This document shows positions 29,953 through 39,966 of a DNA stretch of 64,000 nt, piece by piece (position 1 is the stretch's first letter; every line of letters begins with the position of its first letter). The position numbers and the translations under genes are program-made. The stretch spans positions 32,001-96,000 of the forward strand of contig JBHLSH010000001.1 of the NCBI GenBank assembly GCA_048881705.1. Direction: 5' to 3'. The DNA is from Candidatus Heimdallarchaeota archaeon. GTDB lineage: Archaea; Asgardarchaeota; Heimdallarchaeia; Hodarchaeales; Hodarchaeaceae. The notes under the pieces are model-generated. The model worked only from the letters and a program-made list of their open reading frames with translations. It was not told the DNA's origin and ran no database searches.

Positions 29953-32208
29953 TCAAGGTATTTCATGATCGTCGGGGGAATTTAAAATTGCTTGAATACG
30001 CTTTGCAAGTTTTTCCCCTATCTGAGGGACAACGATTAGATCATTGATTTCAGCGGACGAAATCGCCTGAATTGAGGAAAATCTCTCCAATAAATTCTTG
30101 GCCTTAGTATGATTGACTCCGGGAATGGTAGAGAGTATAAATAGCTGGATTTCCTTGATACTGTGCGTCTTTTTACCAGCACTTGGCAAAGCTATCTCCG
30201 TTATTTTTTTTTCCTGTTCTCGTTTTGCTAACTGTAGTAAAAGAGCTGTTGTTTCCGAGGGGGAGAGAGTAAATATGATAGGAATTCGAAAGTCCAGGAT
30301 AATTGAACTAATAGCTCCCATGATTGAGTTCAATGAACCATATGGGATAATTCCCTCTGGTTCCAACTGAACCACAAGTAGGGGAACCTTTTGCTGTGCC
30401 AATCGTATCAATTGGGACTCCCGGCCAGGGGAGGAGGGCTGAAATAATCGCCCGTCGTGAACCGATCTGATGAAATCGGAATAAGTCTTTAATTCTACCA
30501 CAACACGATTAGAGAGTAGATAATCCCCAACTTCAAGTCTCTCCTGTTGGATCCGTGCCCCTTCTTTTCGGAGTAACCTGGGAATCTGATCACGAGTCTC
30601 ACGTGAATCGACAATGATTAGAGGCCCTTCCACTGGCTTCCTGGCCGATGACTCCTCTGTTTCTTCTGAAAAAAACGCATCTAAAGTTGACTGGGGCTTA
30701 TGAGTCACTGTCTTTTCAAGCAACTCAGGCAACTCTTTTCGTAAAAAGGTCTTCATTAACCTGTCCTTTTGTTTTATGGCCCAGTACATGGCCTCGTCAC
30801 GCGTTTTTTTTGTTACAAGATGGATTACTCTCGATTCCTTCATCCTTCCACGTCCTTGACGCTGAATTGCACGAACAACGGATGGTACGGAGTCATAAAA
30901 TACTACAAGATCGCAGTTTCCAACATCCAATCCCTCCTCTCCAACTGATGTACTCACCAACACCTGTGTATCTCCGTTTTTAAATTCCTCCAGTACTTGG
31001 AGCTGTTTTTTTTGGGAAAGCCCTTTATCCCCTCTAGTACTAGCGTGACCAAGAAATATCCCTATCTTGATGTCTGTCTTGCTAAGTTCCTCATCAAGGA
31101 AACGAACAGTATCCCGGTAATTACTGAAAACAATGATTTTCGACTCGTTTACTTTGTCCACTCTAAGGGCGGCCTGAATTTCTTTGATAAGGAGTTTGAG
31201 TTTCGGATGAACTAAGGCAGATTCCTTCATTGTACGTTCAATATTGCGGGTACGGGAATCTTCGAGGAATAACCGTAAAGCTTTGGAGGCATGCTTGTGA
31301 CGCCATTTTTGTATCGCCTTGATTGCTTGTGGAAATCCTTGGCTTTCAACGAGTTCCTTCAAATGTTGGACCCTAATTAGGTTGGAAGATACCAGTAAGA
31401 GATTTCCATATGCTTGATCCTGTTTTGTAAGTTTTATGACCCTCTGGTGGATATCCAATGCCTCACGTTTTCCCACATATCTCTTGGTCAAGATCCCAGG
31501 TACACCTTTTTTTAGTTCAGCAATTAATTCGTCCTGAAAGACCTGAAGGCCATTAAGAATCCCCTCGTACTCCGGTGGTAGGGATATCCAAACTACTTTG
31601 GGAGTATGAATAGAGATATATTGGTTTACATCCAAATCACTTGCATCGGTGACCGAAACCTTAGAAATTTTGAGATTGTTGCACACTTCCAAGATTTTTT
31701 CTGTATTATTTCCTGGAGTAGCCGTGAAACCAACCACCTGACATGTAGCTTGAGCGGCGATTCCTACATAGGCGTAGTCACCAGTAGCGCGATGAACTTC
31801 ATCGACACATAACAATCCGATACGCTCAAAGGTAATTCGTCCAAATGTTAGGTCATTCTCGATTGTTTGGGGAGTAGCCACTATTACTCTAGCAGAGGGG
31901 TACATAGGTTCTCTTTTACTAGGTGGAACATCCCCTGAGATCTCTAACACCATTTCATCTGAAAGGTTCGGGATGACTTCAACCAAAACCTCCTTGATTT
32001 GGCGAACCAGCGGTCGAGTAGGAGTCAAAATAAGTACTTGATTTGAAGGACTTTTATTTAGGTGATAAGCCGTTAGATACGCCATGATCACCGTTTTTCC
32101 GAGTCCAGTAGGTAAAACGACCAATGTATTCCCAGGATTGGAAACAACCTCAGAGAATATGATTTGTTGATAAATGCGAGGTTCTACATCCAACAAGTTA
32201 TCGGCCAT
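29953..32208 (-). CDS. hef: Hef / FANCM-like DEAH helicase-ERCC4 nuclease
   Basis: LPTGLGKT, DEVH, STSVGEEGLD, QRQGR; PIP-box-like QSTLDAFF; ERCC4 domain VDSRE..GDY..VELKT..D; C-terminal HhH2. Confidence 0.95.
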   Translation of the reverse strand: MADNLLDVEPRIYQQIIFSEVVSNPGNTLVVLPTGLGKTVIMAYLTAYHLNKSPSNQVLILTPTRPLVRQIKEVLVEVIPNLSDEMVLEISGDVPPSKREPMYPSARVIVATPQTIENDLTFGRITFERIGLLCVDEVHRATGDYAYVGIAAQATCQVVGFTATPGNNTEKILEVCNNLKISKVSVTDASDLDVNQYISIHTPKVVWISLPPEYEGILNGLQVFQDELIAELKKGVPGILTKRYVGKREALDIHQRVIKLTKQDQAYGNLLLVSSNLIRVQHLKELVESQGFPQAIKAIQKWRHKHASKALRLFLEDSRTRNIERTMKESALVHPKLKLLIKEIQAALRVDKVNESKIIVFSNYRDTVRFLDEELSKTDIKIGIFLGHASTRGDKGLSQKKQLQVLEEFKNGDTQVLVSTSVGEEGLDVGNCDLVVFYDSVPSVVRAIQRQGRGRMKESRVIHLVTKKTRDEAMYWAIKQKDRLMKTFLRKELPELLEKTVTHKPQSTLDAFFSEETEESSARKPVEGPLIIVDSRETRDQIPRLLRKEGARIQQERLEVGDYLLSNRVVVELKTYSDFIRSVHDGRLFQPSSPGRESQLIRLAQQKVPLLVVQLEPEGIIPYGSLNSIMGAISSIILDFRIPIIFTLSPSETTALLLQLAKREQEKKITEIALPSAGKKTHSIKEIQLFILSTIPGVNHTKAKNLLERFSSIQAISSAEINDLIVVPQIGEKLAKRIQAILNSPDDHEIP

Positions 32209-32574
32209 TTATCAATCACCTTTTACAACGTAATCGTGTAAATCTGTTTCATCCTAGGAGAATTTATCGTGTGTCCGCATCAATATTCTCTCTATATTGA
32301 TCATCGCGGTCGAACTTTAGAGCTTTTCATTGATTAACCTTTGTATCGAACAGGATTAAGTTTCTTGATAACAAATGATAAAGTGTGATGTATCTGGTTT
32401 TACGACCAGAGTATCCAAAGTATCCAGAATCAATCCATAGATCCTTCCGAATAGGTTAAAATCGTTCCTGGTTCGAGTTGTTTTGAATGGATTATAACAC
32501 CACGATTATTATAGTCTGAGCTAAGCTTAAAAGGGAAGAAGACACCTATCTCTCTTAGAACCACAGATCTCAGT

Positions 32575-33420
32575 GTGAGAACGATGACTGAACAAGAAAA
32601 AGTTGCTGAAGGATTGAAACCCTCTCCACCTATTAAAACACGAAAAGTAATAGTAGACCTATGGAAAACAAAACTTCACGATGAAATCATTGGTATTAAA
32701 CAACATGAAGAGCATATGGCAAAATCCCGGCAGTTTACACGAGATATGAAACTTTTCGGAGAGGTTAAGGAGGCTAAAAAAGATGACAGCGATGAGGAGA
32801 CCATTGGATACCTGGGTTATCGAGAAGGATTATGGGATGACGAAGAACAACTCAATCAAAGGCTTGTTATTAAATTATTTTCCAAAAGCATGTATTATCA
32901 AGGGACGTTGGAGGAAATAATAGGACAGGAATTCACACGCTCCATCTCATCACAAAAGGAATTCCCCGCATTTAACCTGTTGCTCGACGGTCATGAATAT
33001 TTGGTCTCTCTGAATAAAATCCGTGGCGGATGGTGGATATTCGTTCCCGAATGGTTTGTGTTCCGCCTGAACACCCCAGATGGCTTTATTCCCGTTATCT
33101 TAAAACACAAGATGGGACTTGGAATCGATTATCGCGTCGTCAACGGACTGGGAAATACCGAATTCGGTTTCATTAACGGGAAAAAGTTTGATATCGGTGG
33201 CCGATACGATATTACACTCTCAGGATCTGACAAACGACTCATTGACAATGTGATGACCCGAATTTTGATCTTATTTGCAGCCTCGCTTAAATTCCACAAT
33301 GATATCTTAAAGAAGATTAAGAAAGGGACTAAACTAATGAAGAGAGGCGAATGGACACCGGATCTTTCAAATGAGGAATTGTTACTAAAACGGAACCCGC
33401 GGGCGATCTTAAGGCAATAG
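32575..33420 (+). CDS. Hypothetical protein, possible LURP-one/Tubby-C-like domain
   Basis: C-terminal GIDYRVVNGLGNTEFGFINGKKFDIGGRYDITL...RILILFAASL pattern. Confidence 0.7.
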   Translation: MRTMTEQEKVAEGLKPSPPIKTRKVIVDLWKTKLHDEIIGIKQHEEHMAKSRQFTRDMKLFGEVKEAKKDDSDEETIGYLGYREGLWDDEEQLNQRLVIKLFSKSMYYQGTLEEIIGQEFTRSISSQKEFPAFNLLLDGHEYLVSLNKIRGGWWIFVPEWFVFRLNTPDGFIPVILKHKMGLGIDYRVVNGLGNTEFGFINGKKFDIGGRYDITLSGSDKRLIDNVMTRILILFAASLKFHNDILKKIKKGTKLMKRGEWTPDLSNEELLLKRNPRAILRQ

Positions 33421-33648
33421 TCTGCTTTAAGTAACTGGAACATAGATTGGAATAAGGCCTGAAGAAAGCATTCTATGATCCTGTTCTAGTATAATATAAA
33501 TTAGTCTTTCTCTAGGAATTGATCCAGAAACCATACATGCAGAATTTCATTAATTACTCCATAGATGTATTGTTTTCCATATTTTACAACAAAGTTGATA
33601 ATTTCTGAGGAAAATGGAATCACATTGTGCATCAGGCTCGCCCGAAAA

Positions 33649-33912
33649 ATGAATGAAACCATCCCTTTCTAAAGAAGTGTTAATACTGGGGTAATATATT
33701 GCCCATATTGTGAATCCGAAGTCATAATCTGTAGATCATCCATTCAAAAGTCTAAGAATTGCGATAGGTTGAATGAGCGGATACGAAATTTGATGAATAG
33801 GTCGAATCCAGAAACATCAGAAAGACCCCCTCATATTACTAGCTCCGGCGAATATCGCCTACCATATTATGGTATGACCTGGGTAGCACGTCTGTGTGTT
33901 ACAAGGGTATGA
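33649..33912 (+). pseudogene. Degraded zinc-ribbon gene remnant
   Basis: Manual translation MNETIPF*RSVNTGVIYCPYCESEVIICRSS...; internal TAA at 33670. Confidence 0.3.
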
Positions 33913-34390
33913 CTACTGATTTTTCGGACAGGGTCTATGAAGATAATGAAGCTGATTATATAATACTAGGAAATCCTAGATTAGATTTGGCCGGTTAACG
34001 TATTCTTTGCCAGGAGTCCATTTTTGAGTAAAATTGTAGCGTTTCTGTTAAATATAACAGGTTGTGAGTCAACTCCGAATTATAACGGATTGAATAGTGG
34101 CGGACAAGATACTACTGATCCTTTCATAGACAGATATTCCCGTTTTTTTGATGGTTATTGGAATCTTGACAAAGAATCTCCCCAATTATAAATCTTTTTT
34201 GCAATATCCGAGCAAATACCTCTCGAATTCTGTTATATGGAAAACTTAAAATATGTTTAATTTTTCAAATGTTTGAATAGTTCGGTCATATTCGGCCACA
34301 TGGATTTGGCGGGATATCATCTACTGTGTCGCCCTGTCCGGGTACAATCATCATTGTTGATATCGCGAGTACGTTGGCTTAATTAGTTTA

Positions 34391-35740
34391 ATGGTATCAA
34401 ACATGGCGAATCTTGCGGACAAAATCAAAAAGGCCTTAGAGGATGGAAGATCAGGCCAATATGTTAAGAAAAGCCCGTATGAGCGTTTTGGGTTAAAGTA
34501 CAATCCATTTCGACAAAACATTCAAGATATGGAACCCCTGACCGCAGATCTACACATAGTCCGTGAAGATGTTTCGGTAGACTTCGCTGTGAAGTTGGGT
34601 AATGCCATTCGTCTTTTCGAGCAGGATCAAAGTTCCCGTTTTCGTCATTTCTTGGTCCACGGACTAAGAGGTGGAGGCAAGTCGTGTCTAGCACGGCAAT
34701 TCCATCGTGACTGGGCCAATTTCGGTTTTAACGAATTTAAGACCTTATATTCATGCTTATCGGATTGGAGTGATCCTACAGAACTAACTGGTCCATACGA
34801 TGCTTCAAAATCGACTTTAGCAACATACGAGGAATTTCTCGACCAGATTCGAAGGATGGATAAAGCCCTAATCGTGTTTTTGGATGACATTGACTTTATG
34901 ATAACTGGAAATCCTGCAATTCCACGTTTAAACCAATTCATGCAGGAAATTGAGGCCGCCGCTCCGCACGGGGTCATTCTGATCGGATTCTTAGGGAGTT
35001 TAACTTTGGCTGTTCTTCTGGAATTGGATCAACAAAGCGCTGCCAGGGATTTCTATGGATGCTTCAGTCCAGATCACTTTTTTTACCCCGTTTTTTCCAC
35101 GAACGAGATCCGACGAATGATTCAACAACGATTGCAAGTTGTGCGGCGGCCCACTGATCTATTCTCTTCGCGGGCAATTGATCACATCGCTAGCCATAGT
35201 TTAGGCCTACCTGCGGTAGCTTTACGTTTGGCAACAGCATGCCTCGACGAGCTAATCATTCAAGATCAGGAAAAGGTGACTGCTGCGGTGTCGAATTTTG
35301 CTATCAAACAACTGGGATATGAAGCAGCTGTAAGGCTAGTGGAAGTCCTGGATACCCCAGCGGATGAGGAGGTCACTAGCGTATTAAGCCTGAAGCGACG
35401 GGAGATTATTGCAAGTATTTTGGATCATCAAACACGTGAACGTTTTTTCTTTCCTCCCACCGAAGTTGATGGCTTACGAAGCTCTGATCTGGCTGACCAA
35501 TTTGCAGTCAATCTTTCTACAATGAATTACCATCTCAAACCATTGACCTCATCAATCCCTATTCCAATTCTAAGAGCAAAAGATGATGCTCATGATGGGC
35601 GGTCAAAAATATATTATGTAGATTGGCAATCTCCTGTAACGGCCGCTGCAGAAATAATTACGGTCTTCCATCGATTGACCCAAGAACGTTTTCATATCGC
35701 CCCAGAGGCATTGCTAATTACACGGAGGGAAGTTCAATGA
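34391..35740 (+). CDS. AAA+ P-loop ATPase with C-terminal winged-helix domain
   Basis: YERFGLKYNPF (ExeA-like N-terminus), Walker A GLRGGGKS, Walker B IVFLDDID, HTH LRSSDLADQFAVNLSTMNYHLKPL. Confidence 0.85.
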   Translation: MVSNMANLADKIKKALEDGRSGQYVKKSPYERFGLKYNPFRQNIQDMEPLTADLHIVREDVSVDFAVKLGNAIRLFEQDQSSRFRHFLVHGLRGGGKSCLARQFHRDWANFGFNEFKTLYSCLSDWSDPTELTGPYDASKSTLATYEEFLDQIRRMDKALIVFLDDIDFMITGNPAIPRLNQFMQEIEAAAPHGVILIGFLGSLTLAVLLELDQQSAARDFYGCFSPDHFFYPVFSTNEIRRMIQQRLQVVRRPTDLFSSRAIDHIASHSLGLPAVALRLATACLDELIIQDQEKVTAAVSNFAIKQLGYEAAVRLVEVLDTPADEEVTSVLSLKRREIIASILDHQTRERFFFPPTEVDGLRSSDLADQFAVNLSTMNYHLKPLTSSIPIPILRAKDDAHDGRSKIYYVDWQSPVTAAAEIITVFHRLTQERFHIAPEALLITRREVQ

Positions 35741-36885
35741 ACCCATCGGAATACGATTCCGGGCTTAGTGAATTGTTTACAAAAGCCGCACGTCTTGCTG
35801 AAGAGGAGCTAATTAGGAAATCTAAGGGGTTGGAATGCGATCCTTGTGATCCTCTACTCCCTCTTAAGCATGGGGCGGCGTTTTTTGGCCGAGAAGCAAA
35901 TCAAAACTTCGAACTTCTAGTAGCGGAAGTTTTTCGATTTCTTAAAGATCCCGCTATTCACTATCGTTTCCTCATCGGGCCGCAAGGAAGCGGGAAAACC
36001 ATATTTTCTCTGATATGTGCAAAGTATTTTCGCCAAAAAGGTTATAAAGCGAAATATCAGGATCTAAAAACTCTATTCGGAGATCTTCCACTTAATCAGG
36101 GAGGAAAAACGCCACCTCTTGAAGAAACAGAAGAAAAACATGATGTGATATTCTTTGACAATGCATTTGTCATCTACCAAAGCCTTCCCGACTTACTCTC
36201 CATGGAGGTAGCAGGAAAACCACAACGTACAAAAATATGCTTATTAATGAACTTGGCGGAGTGGGAAGCTTACAGGCGGCATTGTATAGTTAAATCGGGA
36301 AACCGTACTTACCAGTGCTTTACGCTTATGCCTAGTTTAGCCAGTCCTGATATTAAGGATCTCATCAAGAGCCGTTTGCAAGTGTGTAGTAGTAATGAAG
36401 ATCTTTCAATGGAATTCAGGCAGCTCTTAGAAATAATCCCTCCACTAGCCCACGGGAACCCAGGATTGGCCTTGAGGCTTTTGGAAGAAGCCATTAAGTT
36501 TTCTTCCACCAAAGATGACCTTCGAATTAGTCTCTCTGTGGATTTAGAAACGCTAACCGAATTGTCAGGAACCAAGATTCCCCTTGTTCGTGAAATTCTT
36601 GTTCGTGAGGCCCAGAATGAGAGTTGGACAGTAAAAGAAAGAACTTATCTTCAAAATAGGGATCTTGTGGATCTACTCCAGAAAAGTAAAGGTACGATTA
36701 GCCACCATCTTCGTCAACTGGTGCAGCAAAATCTTATCTATGAACAACCAATGAAAGATGGCCGAGAGAAGGCCTATCGTCCGAATAATACGTTATTTGG
36801 TCTCTTGGAACAATATACGTTCCAACCACCCCATGATTTGGGGAATTTGTCACACTCCCTCGAAGGGATCTCTCATGAAGAATGA
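35737..36885 (+). CDS. Second AAA+ P-loop ATPase with C-terminal winged-helix domain (start refined to ATG 35737)
   Basis: FFGRE, Walker A GPQGSGKT, degenerate Walker B IFFDNA, HTH NRDLVDLLQKSKGTISHHLRQLVQQNLI; GGAGG SD and ATGA overlap. Confidence 0.85.
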   Translation: MNPSEYDSGLSELFTKAARLAEEELIRKSKGLECDPCDPLLPLKHGAAFFGREANQNFELLVAEVFRFLKDPAIHYRFLIGPQGSGKTIFSLICAKYFRQKGYKAKYQDLKTLFGDLPLNQGGKTPPLEETEEKHDVIFFDNAFVIYQSLPDLLSMEVAGKPQRTKICLLMNLAEWEAYRRHCIVKSGNRTYQCFTLMPSLASPDIKDLIKSRLQVCSSNEDLSMEFRQLLEIIPPLAHGNPGLALRLLEEAIKFSSTKDDLRISLSVDLETLTELSGTKIPLVREILVREAQNESWTVKERTYLQNRDLVDLLQKSKGTISHHLRQLVQQNLIYEQPMKDGREKAYRPNNTLFGLLEQYTFQPPHDLGNLSHSLEGISHEE

Positions 36886-37294
36886 TAATTTAGAACTACT
36901 TGAATTAAAAGCTTTGATGCTCGAATATTGTCGTCAACGAGGATTCCTCGTCAACCAAAATCCACGTCGCCAAGGAATCGGGACTCCAATAGCTATGCTG
37001 ATACAAAATGGTGATATTAGGGAGACGATTGGCGTCATGATTAAAGACTGGAAACGTTCCGTTGGAATAGATGTTATTCTCAGAGCGGAAGATCTCTTAA
37101 AGATGACTCCTACCATTACTAAAGTTTTGATTGTGTCAAATCTATTTTCGGAGCCTGCACAGTCACTAGCCAAAAGAGTAGGGATACTCCTATTGACTCG
37201 TCTAGATTTGATTCGTATTCTAACAAGCGATACTGAAGTCTCTAAAGGTGTACACAGCCCTACAGACGATGGCCAAGATGTAGTCCTGTATTAA
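36875..37294 (+). CDS. Mrr-like restriction-endonuclease-fold protein, probably catalytically inactive (start refined to ATG 36875)
   Basis: Mrr_cat-like spacing RGFLV...MIKDWKRSVG...LIVSNLFSEPAQSLAKRVGILLL; the PD and Q/E catalytic positions appear replaced. Confidence 0.65.
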   Translation: MKNDNLELLELKALMLEYCRQRGFLVNQNPRRQGIGTPIAMLIQNGDIRETIGVMIKDWKRSVGIDVILRAEDLLKMTPTITKVLIVSNLFSEPAQSLAKRVGILLLTRLDLIRILTSDTEVSKGVHSPTDDGQDVVLY

Positions 37295-37372
37295 ACTATT
37301 TCTGATCTTCCAATTGATCTCCACAACACCCGATTCACAATAAGTGGAGTGAATCCCGAGGATGTTAACTCC

Positions 37373-38080
37373 TCACCGTCTGCGACGAAATTTAACAGGT
37401 TCCTTATCTGGCGGCTTTTCTTGTGGGTCTGAAATAGTCTCTGTCAATTCCCGTAGTTCCTGAAGTTGAGATCGCTCTTTCTTAAGGACAATATCCTGTT
37501 TTTTCGCCCTAAGAGGTCTATCGCTCATAACCGATTCCATTTTTTGTGATGTTCGGTACCCTCGTAGAAGAAGTCCCCCTACTAGAATGGAGAGCCCCAC
37601 TCCTGCGGCGATTAGAAAACCAAAATCCGGTGTCTGGCTTGGATTCTCGTTCGCCGTCGTAGAGGTGATTTCAGATGAATCATAAACTATCGCCAATAGT
37701 TTGACGACATAATAAAGGTCCTTACCTTCTAGTTCTGCTCCATAATTGTGATCTGTATGATTAACTACAAAGCTCTTCTCCTCATTCACCTCCATTCCAA
37801 TGATAGCGGCTGTGAATTGATCCAGATATCTGTTTTCTGCGCCGGGATACGTGTCTACGATTCTAGGAGGGGGAGACCCACCTCCACTTAGGTAAACGTT
37901 GAAGAGATTTTCATTAACATTGTTGGGAAATCCTTCCTCATGGGCCGCATCCAGATAAAGCGAATAGTTGACATTAACGACGTCTCCCCAATCTGCAGTG
38001 AGAGCAGCGTCGATTAGCGATGCAGAAATCGAAAGACCGCAAATAATAATGATTATCTCAATGGATCTGTATCGGAGCAC
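37373..38080 (-). CDS. Exported FKBP-type peptidyl-prolyl isomerase-like protein with C-terminal TM anchor
   Basis: Signal-like N-terminus; GDVVNVNYSLY...FTAAIIGMEVNEEKSFVV...GKDLYYVVKLLAI; TM helix then charged tail. Confidence 0.75.
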   Translation of the reverse strand: MLRYRSIEIIIIICGLSISASLIDAALTADWGDVVNVNYSLYLDAAHEEGFPNNVNENLFNVYLSGGGSPPPRIVDTYPGAENRYLDQFTAAIIGMEVNEEKSFVVNHTDHNYGAELEGKDLYYVVKLLAIVYDSSEITSTTANENPSQTPDFGFLIAAGVGLSILVGGLLLRGYRTSQKMESVMSDRPLRAKKQDIVLKKERSQLQELRELTETISDPQEKPPDKEPVKFRRRR

Positions 38081-38465
38081 TCTTTATCCGCCTATCCTGG
38101 CTACTTAGAGGCATAGTAAGGGATTTCTTTAAGTTTTTATCGAGCTTTCATTACTGATCATTGGATGAAGAAGCTTGCAACCTTGATATCGAACCTTTTC
38201 TAAGGGTATTCCCAGAGTTGGTGACCCATTGGATAAATATCTTGAATATAAAGGGTATTGGGGTTTTTAACAAGCTCAAAACCGCTTATAGCTAAGTTCA
38301 GGGAGAGCACCTGTTATCTAAGTAATTAAATAATATATAATATCGCGAGACGCACGAAAGACCAATTATCTGTCTTGAGCGATTTTATAAAGGAAACTTC
38401 ACCTATTAATCGCTGTAATTTTTTCCCTGTGCTTTTAACTGATTTTTTCTATTAAAATCACGAAG

Positions 38466-39743
38466 TCAGAGGGAAGACGTAAATCCCACCTCAAAGATAA
38501 CTTCGTAAAATTGGAGGCAAATGATACCGTTCCTAAGGTCAAGATTGATCTCCCTGGTCTGAGTCCAGATGATTAGCATTTCTACCACTTTTTCAGGAAT
38601 TATCGTGATTCGAATGCCTATCTGTGCTAAGGAAAGACGAGGAACCAAAATGGTTTCACTGAAATTCCCCCTTCCCACTATTTGAGACCCAAGTGTCTCA
38701 TTTAGTAGCTGATGGTAAAAATCAAAAGTGATACAGGTAAGATTATATCCCCAAAGAGGTTGCCCTTCAAATCCTAGGTTAACATCAAAGTAACCCCCGC
38801 TGATATTAATATTGTTTATCCCTAAAATGTGCAAGCTAGGAGTAAAATCATCCCAAAAAAACTTTGGACCATCCTGTACGGAAATATTGATGTTTTCGTG
38901 AGCGAATAAGAATTCCCCTTGAAACTTTCTAATACTTGCCTGTATTGTGCCATTGTTAAGTATTCGTTCTGTCAGCCAGGTTAACTCTGAGGCATTCGAA
39001 TGTAATAACAAAGAAACATTTGAACGTCCTGGGGGAATTGAAGTATTTTCAAAGTATGCAGTGCCAAAAGAACCAAACTCAGGAGAGGTCAATTGAAAAG
39101 AAGCAGAAGAGATATTCAACGTAACACCGTGAAAATTCCGAGCATGAACTAAAACGTGTAAGATATTGCCTGGGTATATCGGATAGATCTCTAGTATCGA
39201 TATAGATGGAAAGAAATCAACATCAATCCCAGATAACTCAATTTTATAAGGTGAGGTCAGTCCCCATTCCAAATGAATTTGACCTTGGATAATGATTGCT
39301 TCATCGCTGATTAAAACCCTCAGTAAAGACTCCAGATCGGGTACATCAAACATAAACGACAAATTTTCGACCTTAATACTCCCTTTGGGGAATATCAAGG
39401 ATTCTATGGTCGACCCCGTGGCAAGAATCTGAGCGACATTTCCTTCAGTTGAATCAGTTTGAATTGTACATGTTATCTTGTTTGCCCGAACAGAATAATC
39501 GAGTTCTTCTAGGAGCGTGAAAGATAAATCTGTGTAGACTGTATGATTCTCAATTCTTACAATCCTAAAATTCTCAAGGACAAATTTCGGAAACATACCG
39601 ACGGTTATGATCGTACTAAGAATACCGATCGCTATTATGGAGAATAAAACCAAGAAAATTCCCAAAGAAGCGGATAGAACGCGATGTTGACGCAAAACAG
39701 TGAGAATTCGTTTGCGTTTCCCCTCAAGATCAATCCTACTCAT
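38466..39743 (-). CDS. Single-TM extracellular beta-rich protein, LEA_2-like repeats
   Basis: N-terminal TM helix; repeated units like RNFHGVTLNISSASFQL...FGTAYFENTSIPPGRSNVSL. Confidence 0.6.
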   Translation of the reverse strand: MSRIDLEGKRKRILTVLRQHRVLSASLGIFLVLFSIIAIGILSTIITVGMFPKFVLENFRIVRIENHTVYTDLSFTLLEELDYSVRANKITCTIQTDSTEGNVAQILATGSTIESLIFPKGSIKVENLSFMFDVPDLESLLRVLISDEAIIIQGQIHLEWGLTSPYKIELSGIDVDFFPSISILEIYPIYPGNILHVLVHARNFHGVTLNISSASFQLTSPEFGSFGTAYFENTSIPPGRSNVSLLLHSNASELTWLTERILNNGTIQASIRKFQGEFLFAHENINISVQDGPKFFWDDFTPSLHILGINNINISGGYFDVNLGFEGQPLWGYNLTCITFDFYHQLLNETLGSQIVGRGNFSETILVPRLSLAQIGIRITIIPEKVVEMLIIWTQTREINLDLRNGIICLQFYEVIFEVGFTSSL

Positions 39744-39966
39744 GGTTTAGCCAGCCTATACCTCAGTATTCTTGGTATTATGTCAATATTTGGCATTGGA
39801 TCCTATTTAAAATACAGAGCCATGTGGTTTGAATACTTTTGTTATCGTTTCCTTTCTATCAGGCGCAAAAGAGGAATTTATAAGCGAGTCTGTCTTTCCA
39901 CTTCCCCGCATCTAGACCCCCTTAGGTGTCTTTGGACTTACCCATGTTACGATGTGAGGATATAAG

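Noticed and set aside
33421-34390. Replication origin next to the AAA+/winged-helix genes
   Set aside because: No ORB consensus (GTTCCAGTGGAAAC...GGGG) or clear repeated boxes. Only two short TCCAGAAAC matches were seen, and the spacer looks like decayed coding DNA.
34391-36885. Naming the ATPases cdc6/orc1
   Set aside because: The architecture is similar, but I do not see typical Orc1/Cdc6 motifs, and gene 1 has an ExeA-like N-terminus. Left unnamed.
39684-39965. 93-aa plus-strand ORF in the ORF track
   Set aside because: Overlaps the start of the divergent 38466-39743 gene and spans the promoter region; composition is not protein-like.
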